Below, in pieces: positions 10,900 through 21,658 of a stretch of 64,000 bases of DNA. A model generated the notes under the pieces. The model saw only the letters and a program-made list of their open reading frames with translations, did not search any database and had not been told where the DNA came from. The stretch is from positions 28,582,001 to 28,646,000 of the forward strand of contig OX597818.1 of NCBI GenBank assembly GCA_951406725.2. Reading direction: 5' to 3'. The DNA comes from Octopus vulgaris. Its lineage: Eukaryota. The number at the start of each line of letters is the position of its first letter. Position 1 is the stretch's first letter. Both the position numbers and the translations under genes were made by a program.

Positions 10900-12230
10900 A
10901 GATTCGAATAGAACCTTAAGAAACAGAGAAACACTAACAACCATTAGCGTCTAACTGAACAATAGAAGGAATTTGTAAATGAACAAAACAAAACTATCTG
11001 GACATTATCATTTTTGTAAATCTGATGTGAATCCTAAAATGGAATGGCTCTTGAATGTATGGGTTGGGGATCAGACTCATTGGAGTATACAGAAAAGCAT
11101 AATGGTAAATATAAAAAAATAAAAGACAGAAAAAAGCAATAGTTTGATTGAGGAGTTGCAGAAAAAGGAAGGTGAAACCTGTAATGAATATCTATTCCTA
11201 TCTACAAAAGAATGATTTGAAGGGTTTAAGAAGTACTTGAATTCATACAACAAAAATGATTGTGAAGCTGCCAATGCAGACAGAGAGACTGCATCTAATT
11301 ATCCTGAGTAGTTGATGACAAACATTGCTGACAGTAAGTATACAATGTTGATGAAACTAAACTTTTTTGCTATAACTATAATTTCTGAAGGAGAAAAATC
11401 AACACCAGGATTTAAAGCTTCCAAAATTCATCTGACACTCTGGGAACAAATGCTGCTAGTGATATGGTGATATGAAATTAAAATTCTTACTTGAGTATCG
11501 CCCTGAAAATCCTGGGATTTTCAAGGCAACACACAAAGTTTCATCTACCACTGAATTTTTGTTCAAATATGAAGAAAAGGGCTATTAAGTCCTTTCAAAG
11601 ATTGTTTTACAAATATTTTTCATCCTATAGAAGGGTAGTGTCACCCAATATTTTCAACAAACAATACACAAAGCTACCTAGTGAACTTAAATGAAGTTTC
11701 TGTTAGTGTAAAAGTAGAGCAAGAACTTTCTTCTTCCAGTCAATAGAACAGTGTGTGACAGCAAACATTAAGTCATTTCATTTGAGAACTTCCAAACAGC
11801 TTATGAAAACAATTGACAGGAAAGAAACTTATATTTAGAGACATCTGGAAGAAGTTAAGCATATTGGGAGCTGTGGATAATGTAGACGAGTGATGGGACA
11901 AAGTGAAACCCTAAAATTTGAATGGTGATTGAAAAAATATATGACCAGACTGCATCTGTGACTTTATAAAATTTCCACAAGCAGAAGGCCTATATCAAGT
12001 TTGGAAAGATGTTTTGACACTTGCATGTAATATAGGATTTTATGATGTCAAAGAAGATGACGGAGCTGAGTTGTTAGGGTACCATGGAGAAAGTATATTT
12101 AATGAAGAACTGATGCCCTCAGAAGAAGAACAATCTGAAAATATAGATAAGAATATAAGAATTCCTTCAAATCTCTTTAAATTATCTGGAAAAAAGATAT
12201 TGGTAAGAGGTTCACCCTTATAGTGGAAGA
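10900..12230 (+). mobile_element. Highly degraded pogo/Tigger transposase remnant
   Basis: Fragments EAANADRETASNYPE and ISEGEKSTPGFKASK..LTL..NAASD resemble Tigger/TIGD1. Confidence 0.6.
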
Positions 12231-13654
12231 CCTGCAATTGTAACATTAACTACAACACTTATCATGAATGTAGCATAAAAATTGTGAGAAGTATTTACAA
12301 TGAGCTCACTTCCTACACCAAGGTATGATGTACCACAAACACTAAACAATCTTGGATGAGTTCTGAAACTATCAGACAGAAGATACATCATCCTGGTAGC
12401 TTTCATACCACCACCACCACCACCACTTCTCACACAGTAGTCAACATCTTTATGGTAATATTAGAATTCTTATTCACTTTCTAAAGTGTCTCTTTTCAGA
12501 TGTTCTCATGTATACTTATTGCTCTGTGTATGATTAGGAATTATTTTCCTGCATAAAAGGGATCATGTTGGAATGCAGTCTTACTTTATAACATGAAAAT
12601 GGGAAAATGAATGTTGCTAAAGGATTCTCACTGCAACTATATTTTCATGAATGCATTACTTCCATAAAACAGAGTATTCCTGGATATATTTTATACGTCT
12701 GTGTGCATGTGCACGAGGTTCTCAAAATGACTTGCCCTCCTCAGCAAAATGAGTTGTAGAAATGCTATATTTTGAGTTCAACTGTGACAGTGACTACCCA
12801 CTCCTCATACATTATACATCTATTCTCCTGCTCCAGCAGACTACCCAATCATGTCATATCTCACCTTGTCCTCACCACTAGCAACTATATCATCTTTATT
12901 ACTTCTGCTGCTTGATCCTCATCATTATTCTTCTGTATCACTCTATCTACCCCAGCTCATATTTGTTGTTTCATCCACCCTTCAATCCTTCCCATTTTGG
13001 CAGTCTACTCCCTCACTCCTCATTCTCCTTCTCATACAACATTGCAAACCACTTACACATTTCTACTCAACAAGTACCTTGTGGGACCACATGGGTCCAT
13101 TATCTATCTCTCTTTTTCACTCCCCACTTCCTCCACTAGATGTGGCTATTCAACAAATGTGAATAGCCACATCTTGTAAATCCCTCTACAGAAATCTGCT
13201 TGGCTCCATCCTCACAAGCTTCCCCTCATCCCCTAGCATGACACTGACATTCCAACTTTCTCAGAGTTTGCAGTCCTGCGAACTGCATGCCGACTTCAAC
13301 AGTGCAAGCAGCATGAAAATGTACCTAGTCCATACTGTAAAGTGGTCAGCAATAGGAAGGGTGTCCAGCTGTAAGTACAATGCCAAAGCAAACACTGGAG
13401 CTCAATGCAGTCCTTAGATGCATGAAATCCAGTAGCTAACTTATGCCAGCATGAAACATGGTCAATAAATGATAATCTCCATAAATTCAAGCGTACATAT
13501 ATATGAAAGTACAGATGTGTCATTAAGAAGTCTGTATCCTCAATCAAATGGTTTCCAGTTATGTCCCTCTATGTAGCTCTTATGGCTAGTGCCCACAGGC
13601 TGGTTGAAGTCTTTTGAGTGGATGTGAAAAAGAGAAACAAAGAAGCATGTTGTT

Positions 13655-13692
<38 letters not shown>

Positions 13693-14888
13693 TGCTTGTG
13701 TGTGTGAATGAATAATAGTGTATGTTTGGGTCTCTTCGTCTTGACATCACATGATTTTTTTAAATTAGTGTCACCATCAAAGAAGCAGCATCTTTCACTT
13801 CCAAACTGAAGTTTGACCATGAGGAAATATCACCTTGCTAGAAAACAGGCTGGGGTTGGTGAAAGGAAGGTCATCTAGTTTTAGAAAATCTGTGTCAATA
13901 AATTTCATCTTATACTTGCAACCATGGAAAAGTGGACATGTAGAATGCATCTATTTCATCAGATATTCAGAGTGAAAGATTTCAGACAAACTCAAGATGG
14001 CTTGTTGATGTTAGGCCTTTAGTGGTCAGCTCAGATCATCTAGTGTTAATGCTATGGAAGCAACACCAGATATTTTCTTTATTCTTTGGTGGTAGGTTGT
14101 CATATAGCATATTTAGCGACACTAGTTCCTTGTATTGCACACCACCCATGGTAAGGTAGGACGTTGGCATGGATCAGTAGCTCAGTATCATTCAGTGCAG
14201 TATTAACACTGCAAAATCGTTTAAATTATTTTTGAGTGAATCACTCACTGGTCATTTCCTCACAAAACGTTTTGCTGATATTACGAGCAGTTTAAGCTGA
14301 TTTACATCCTTTTTTGAAGTTCAATAGCAAAATTACCCGAATATCGTGCTTTGATAGTTCCATTTCAGATGATTGTAACAATGGTGAAAAAAATAGCAAT
14401 GTTAATTTATCGATGCATTTGGGCAAGTCTATGTCTGTATTATCAGATAATTGCAAAAAAATGTTTAAAAAAATCAAAACTCCGCAAAAATCCAGTACAA
14501 ATTCTTCATGGTTTGAAACGTAGCTTACTTTTTACTCAACCTGATAGCAGCAGATGAAGAGATCTTCAACAGGGTTATTCCACTATAATGAAGCATTGGA
14601 AAGGGATGGAACCAATAAATTAGTATACGGACAACTTTTTTTTATCCACTGACTTTATGTTTGTATGCATCTATGAATATATGTATTCTTATTTATTCTT
14701 TTATTCCTTTATTTGTTTCAGTCATTTGACTGTGGCCATGCTGGAGCATTGCATTAGTTGAAGAAATCAACTCCAGGACTTATTCTTTGTAAGCCTAGTA
14801 CTTATATTGGTCTCTTTTGCTGAACTGCTAAGTTTCAGGGATGTAAACACACCAACATCAGTTGTCAAGTGATGTTTTGTGGGGGACA

Positions 14889-15621
14889 AACACAGATAGA
14901 CATGAAGACAGGGAAAGCACCTTGCCCATCAGGAATCGCTTCTGAGATGCTTAAAATATCAGGTGGTGTGGTTTATGGTCTTGTCACCTGCATCATAAAT
15001 CAGGTAGTTCATGAAAGGTTCATATCCAATGACTTGTGTAGCAGCACCATAGTCAACCACTACAAAGGTAAAGGTGATGCTTTAAACAGAAATAATTAGA
15101 GGGGTATCAAATTATCGGATCAGGTGATGACAGTTACAGAGAGGGTCATAGCTCAACTAATTAGGGAGACAGTTAGCCTACATGAGATGCAGTTTGGTTT
15201 TATGCCAGGGAGAAGTACCACTGATGCTATATTTTTGGTAAGGCAACTGCAGGAGAAATATCTAGCCAAACATAAACCTCTGTACTTAGCTTTTATTGAC
15301 TTGGAGAAAGCCTTTGACAGGGTCCCCCAATTCTTTATCTGATGATCAATGCAGAAACTGGGGATAGAGAAGAGGTTGGTAAGAGCTGTACAAGCCCTGT
15401 ACATGGATGCTTTCAGTAAGGTGAGGGTTGGCAACATGTATGGTGAAGAATTCCAGATAGAAGTATGTGTTCATCAAGGATCAGTCCTCAGCTCCCTCTT
15501 ATTCACTATAGTCCTCCAAGCAATAGCAGAGTAATTCAAGAGGGGCTGCATCTGGGAGCTCCTCTATGCTAATGACCTTGCTCTAATAGCTGAGTCATTG
15601 CCAGAACTAGAGACAAAGTTT
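14889..15621 (+). mobile_element. RTE LINE internal RT fragment
   Basis: MKTGKAPCPSGI, QFGFMPGRSTTDAIF, FIDLEKAFD and HQGSVLS are colinear with 58930-59652. The fragment ends abruptly at ELETKF. Confidence 0.92.
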
Positions 15622-17535
15622 ATTGACGACTGTATCGGTGCCACCTCACACTCCTGCGAACATCTAGACTCCTTCTTCTCTTTCATCAAATCTTTCCATC
15701 CTGCCCTCCACTTCTCCTGCACTATCTCTGACACCTCTGTCTCCTTTCTTGATATTTCGGTCAGCATTCATCACTCCACTCTTACCACCATCCACTACAA
15801 ACACACAGACTCACACCCATACCTAAACTTCTCCTCCGCCCACCCCAAACACACCAAGCTTTTCATCCCCTATTCCCAATTCCTCCGTCTACGCAGGCTC
15901 TGTAGTAACGACCATGACTTTGAGACTCAGTCTCAACTTATGGCTCGCCACTTCATCATATGTGGATGTCCCCTCACCACTATCCACACCGCCCTTGCCA
16001 GAGCACATTTCGTGGACTGTGCATCTGCTCTCTCCCATCGAACCCGCCCTGCAGTCTCCCGCCTCCATTTTCCCTCACCTACCACCCTAACTCTCCAACG
16101 CACCATTCTCCGAGCTTTCCGGCATCTCCAGTCCGACCCGTCCACTTTACACATCTTCCCTAACCGACCCCTCCCCTCCTTCAAACGAGCCCACAACCTA
16201 CGAGACCTCTTGGTCCACAGCTTCTTCACCAACCCTATCTCCCAAACTGGCTTGTTCTCCTGCTCCCGCCCATGCTGCCGCACTTGCCCTTACCTCTCCA
16301 ACACCACCCTCCTCACCAGCACCCATCATCGACCCAATCACATCATCAACTCTTTCACCTGCACTTCCAGCAATATCATCTATTGCATCTTCTGCTCTCT
16401 CTGCCATTCCCTGTACATCAGACAAATGAGACGCCGCTTGGCTGACCGGTTCACGGAACACCTCTGAGACATCTGCCTCGGCAATGACACCCCAGTCTCA
16501 TGCCATTTCCACTCCACCAGTCACTCCTTGCAACACCTGTCTGTGTTCGGATTGTCCTTGCACAGAGGCCATCCAGACTCCCATTTGCACCGTGAACAGG
16601 GATTTATCTTCTCTCTTCGCTCTTTTATGCCATTTGGGCTCAACTCTCCTCCCCTCTTCATCTAACCTCCTCCCTGACTCCTGCTTCTCTTCACTCCTAC
16701 ATCTTTACACCCCTACTCTCCTTCTCTCTTCTCTCCCCCTCCATCCTCTTTCTTCCCACCCAACTCTCCTCTCTTAACTGCTACATCTCTTCACCCCTAC
16801 TCTCTTTCTGTTCTCTCTTACTCTCTTCTCTTCTACTCTCTTTCTCTCCCCTCCTTTGCTCTTCCCTCTTAATCTCTTCCTCTTTTCTCTTTCTCTCTCC
16901 TCTTTTATTCTCTTTCTCTCTTCCTCTCTCTCCTCACATACCCACCTTCCCCTCCACCCATAAACCCACCCACCCCTACTCCTTCCCATTCCCCCATCCT
17001 ATCCCACACCCTCCCCCACATACCCCACCTCTACCTCCACCCTCTGCCTACCCACAAACTCCAACTCTATCCCAACCCCCAGCCGGACCCACACCCCACC
17101 TGTGCTTTCTCCACTCTCACCTCCCCCACCTCCCAACAACATCACATCACAACACACGACCCACACACCCATCCCCACATCTTCACACCTACACATACAT
17201 ACACGCACATGTCCAGACCACCAGCCCTCTTTCACATGCACATACATACTCTCTTATACACACATGCACCTTTATGTTGGGGGTCATCTTTACCTTGTTA
17301 TCTCCGCTACTTTCCTTCCCATGTTTGACCCTTCTGTCCGGCACGAGTCGCCATGATAGATCGTTAGCCACTACACACATTTTTTTCTCTCCTTGTTTTT
17401 TCTGTGTCCCTTTCTGCAGAAGAGCATAGGCTCGAAACGTTAAAGTCTTTTTCTATTCCTGAGCATTATACTAATACATGTTTGTTTTGTACACCACCTG
17501 TCTTCGTCTTTTGTTTTTTTTTCATAAACTCTCCC
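15622..17535 (+). mobile_element. 5'-truncated Penelope-like element (RT C-terminus, GIY-YIG, pyrimidine-rich 3' region)
   Basis: IDDCIG, SFLDISV, YKHTDSHPYL, IPYSQFLRLRRLCS, CSRPCCRTC and NIIYCIFC..LYIRQ..RLADRFTEH. It has a hammerhead-like motif at 17410 and ends at (TA)n. Confidence 0.9.
17410..17445 (+). ncRNA. Hammerhead-like motif, variant core CUGCAGAA
   Basis: cttt-CTGCAGAA-GAGC-atag-GCTC-GAAA-CG-TT-aaag. A second family copy lies at 63401-63436. Confidence 0.55.
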
Positions 17536-17849
17536 TATATATATATGTATAATGATGAAATCTATATAAGATTTTAGTGAGTACCAGCATGTAAACCAAT
17601 TAAGGAAAAAAAATCTAAATTCTTCCTCTATTTATAAAATACATTATAATATAAAGGGCTATAACTGTGTGTAAAAGCCACATGCTTTAATGGGACTCTA
17701 AAGTCAAACTACTTCAATAAGTATACATACGTGCCCACATCGATGTCGATGCATGTATATATTTATTGAAGTAGTTTGACTTTAGAATCCCATTAAAGAG
17801 TGTGGCTTTTTGCACAGTAATAGCCCTTGATATTATAATGCATGTATGC

Positions 17850-17886
<37 letters not shown>

Positions 17887-17888
<2 letters not shown>

Positions 17889-18360
17889 TTATGAGAGATA
17901 ATGGTGCCAATAAGACCCAAAAGTGTCAGGTAATGCTGAGTAAGTGCTATGGACAGACCATAGTTAAGCTCCAGGTTCGGAGATTATGCGAATAAAGAGT
18001 CCAAAGTTGGTCATATATCAGCAAGTGTATATAAAAAAAATCCAAGGCTGTGAAGATTTTAGAACATTTAGAAATAGAAGGTCTTACAGCTGTTTCCGGG
18101 ACGTTTTATACATCCCTTCATCGGAGACAGTGTGAGAAAATGGTTAAGAAATAGTTAATTTAGATAAGATATGAAATAGAGAGTGAAGTGGAGGAATGAA
18201 AATATATGTGAGATATGTAGGGATATTGCATTTGTAGATCCATTATTTAGGTAGAATGGTATACATATAAGATTCCAATACCTTGTGAGTAAATTCCAGT
18301 AGTATTTAAAATTGGTCACTCCAAGTATAGAGTTTGTACACAGTGTTATTGATACACGTA
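17887..18360 (-). mobile_element. PLE 3'-end (pLTR) remnant
   Basis: Contains the hammerhead at 18081-18128 and terminates in (TA)n. The inner boundary is approximate. Confidence 0.6.
18081..18128 (-). ncRNA. Minimal type I hammerhead motif (CCGAUGA core)
   Basis: Minus strand reads gtct-CCGATGA-a-GGGATG-tataaaa-CGTCCC-g-GAAA-CAGCTG-TA-agac, with stems I and II and a palindromic stem III. Confidence 0.8.
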
Positions 18361-18381
18361 TATATGAGTATACATATGTTA

Positions 18382-18819
18382 ACGTTAAGTTGAGAGTATA
18401 CAACTGCTCTATCATTCCACCACTGCTTATATCTCTCTGAGATATTTAGAAATTTAATATTTCTATTTTTTTCTTTGTGATCAGTGAATTTACTTCACTG
18501 AAATTATATATGTTTACAAGTTCTAGACAAGTATCTGCAGCCAGCTAGCAAGCCATGCTACTCAAGACTGATGACGAGCAAGACTCAAAAACATGTCTCT
18601 GGTGCAGGCTTAGCTGGATGGGGGTGCTTGTCTCCTCCTTGTAAACATAAGGACACAGGAAATATGTCAAGGCCGACAGGAAGCCTTGATGCTTCCTAGG
18701 GCTAAATGGTGTGATTCCCTTTATGAAACTGTCACGTTAAGTTGACAGTATACAACTGCTCTATCGTTACACCACTGCTTATATCTCTCTGAGATATTTA
18801 GAAATTTAATATATCTATT

Positions 18820-18820
<1 letters not shown>
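18382..18820 (+). mobile_element. 352-bp-period non-coding unit with 87-bp direct repeats and an internal hammerhead-like motif (retrozyme/pLTR-like)
   Basis: 18382-18468 is repeated at 18734-18820. The motif aga-CTGATGA-cGAG-caaga-CTCa-AAAA-CATG-TC-tct lies at 18565-18600. Confidence 0.6.
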
Positions 18821-18883
<63 letters not shown>

Positions 18884-19994
18884 CAGACATGAAAGTAAAC
18901 TTTGAATGCAGCATTGCTGTTAAAACAACTGAGAAGGATAGGGTGTTTTCCCTAGGGAGATAAAAATAATGTTGCCAGTAGACAGCTATGGAGAATTGAA
19001 GCCTGCTTCTCTCAAATACAGGCTGAATGCTCCTTCTAAATTCCAGGCCTTGCATCTATAATTGGAAGAACTATTACTATTTATACTCTTGATGCTTATT
19101 TGAAAAATGACTACTATATCATTGAGACATAAGATAAAGAATAAATAGATAACACAATAAAACAAAATATTAAATTTTACTATGTATCCTGCTGCACTTC
19201 CAACATCATCTTCTTCTGTCTGTCTTTCACTCTGACTCTAACTCTCCTTTCTTTTTCTACTGGTGTAGCCAAGTATGGTAAGACATCTCTCTATCTCTCT
19301 ATTACACTTTAACCTCTCAACTGGCACAATGCTTCTTTGCTTACTCCCAGCCAAGAGGTTTTTGTCTTGCATGTTACTTTGCAATCCAATGTAAAGTGGT
19401 TAGAATTAGGAAGGACATCCAGGCATAGAAATCTTGCCAAAGCAGACAAAGGATCCTGATGTAGTTCTCCAGCTTGCCATTTCCTGTCAAACCATCTATC
19501 CCATGCTAGCAGGAATATAGATGTTAAAACATGATGACATTGATGATGATGATGGTGCTTGCATTCATGCAGATGTCTGAATGTATATATATGTGTGTAT
19601 AAATATATATTTTTGGCTTATACCTAAATACTGCTTGGTGCTAATATTACTGTAACTTTCATGACCTTGGTGGTCTACTGGCGCACATCAGTAATTGTTG
19701 TTGACTGTGTTTTAGTTAAAGGTCTGTCCAGAGTTGTCTCTCTTTGGTATTTCACATTGATAATGGCTAGAAGCTAGAAACATCCATGTCTGAGAATCTG
19801 ACAGGTGACAGCACTGGATAGATATGGTGTTTTTACACCTTTTTTTACAGTAAGAGAGAATTTTTCTCTCTGGTAACTGCTCTGAATTTGCCTTTTGTAT
19901 TTGAAATATGTCACAAACATAAATTTAGCTTATACCTAAACTGCTTGGCACAGATACTACAGTAATACATACACATACACACACACACACACAT

Positions 19995-20415
19995 ATATTG
20001 TGTGATACAAACAAAAGTTGATATTTTTTTAATGCAGTGTTATCATTTGAACAGCGGAAGTAATGGGTAAATACCCTTAAAAGGTGGAAAAAGTTGTTGA
20101 CAAACAGCCATGGGACTTGAATCCACATCCCCCAAGACTCCAGCTGAGTGATTTGCCATTAAGTTAAACTGCCTGCTGACAAATTCATCTGCCGATTTAG
20201 ATGCTAAATAACTTATTGAACAACCACGCATGTTGCTTTTATTAGAAGTGTCAAAATGTGCATTGTACAATACAAATAAGAAGTTGATATTTTTTCAAAC
20301 AAAGTTTGTTGACAACTTTTTTCGCCTTGTAAAGCTATTTACCCATTATCTCTGTTGTTCTGACAGCAATACTGAAATAAAAAAACATCAGCTTCTTGTT
20401 TCTTTCATAGAATAC
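19995..20415. mobile_element. Old MITE-like element with ~110-bp diverged inverted arms
   Basis: TAATGGGTAAATA..AAAAAGTTGTTGACAAAC is mirrored by GTTTGTTGACAACTTTTT..TATTTACCCATTA. Confidence 0.55.
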
Positions 20416-20471
20416 ATATTTCAATGCTCCAAATAAAAATTACCATTAGTTTGTTTATATTTATATGCATG

Positions 20472-20502
<31 letters not shown>

Positions 20503-21658
20503 AAGTATATAAGTATAGATATATGTGTACATATGTATGTGTGTACATGTATATACATAAATATATGTATTTTCTCTATCTTGTTTTCACTCCTCTTAAT
20601 ATTTTAAACTCTTTGAAGAATTATAGACAGAGGTTCTATACATTTTTCAACATGTATACTTTTGTGACACCAATTCTATAATGAAACATGCGTAACGTAA
20701 AATTAAATTATACCAAACATTTTCATTCTTCTGTTTTGACATTTGTATTTGTGCGTGTGTGTGTATGCATGCATATGTTTGGGTGTGTGTAGTGTACATA
20801 TTACTATTATATATATTAACTGTATATATATAATTCTGAAAGTAATGGCATTAATTATACTTACTGTTTGGCTTGGATGAAATTGCATTAGCACGTGCCG
20901 CATCTTTAAAAGAGAAAATGAAAAATTATTTATTGTTTGTATGTGTGAGTGTGGTGCATGATATTTGAAATGAACTACTTCTAAGATGCATTGAAAAATA
21001 TCAATAATATAATATTATAATAAAATATATGGATATAGATGATACAGAAAAGTCAAATAAAAATAATTGACATATATAGGAGTGCATAATAAATTTAACT
21101 ATCATTGCAAGTGTGATAAATCAAGAAAAAGAGCATTTTCTCTTCCACTTTTTCATACTCAGCATTAAAAGTGGATAGATGATCAAGTCCTTTTGTTGTT
21201 GTTTACACCCAAGTCAGACATATGATCAAATGCATTTCCTTCATTGCATCAAAACACTGAAGTAAGATCTGGACCTCCAATCCATTGAATCCTGTCAATC
21301 CATCCAATTCATATCACCATAGAAAGTAGAAACAGCATGATGTTATATTATATGTGTAGAGGAGTAGACATGGCTGTGCGGTTAAGAAGCTTGCTTTGCA
21401 ACCATGTGGTTTGAGGTTCAGTCCCACTGAGTGGCACCATCTTTCTTTGTTTTCACATTTTGACTTCTTTTCAGATGGCAAGTTACCAATAACCTTTGTT
21501 ACAACATTTTTTGAAATAGTTTGTGTAAATAATCAATATGTTTACTTAACTGAGAAATGTGTGGAAAAATAAAATCAACTGATTCACTATTAATTCAATT
21601 CTGAATTTGATCTGCAAGAATTTCAAGAACTTTTACCTATATACATATATACATGCAC

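Noticed and set aside
14190-14652. Possible Tc1/IS630-like 3' remnant ending in ..TTTATCCACTG
   Set aside because: It is too degraded to support, with no matching left TIR or clear catalytic motif.
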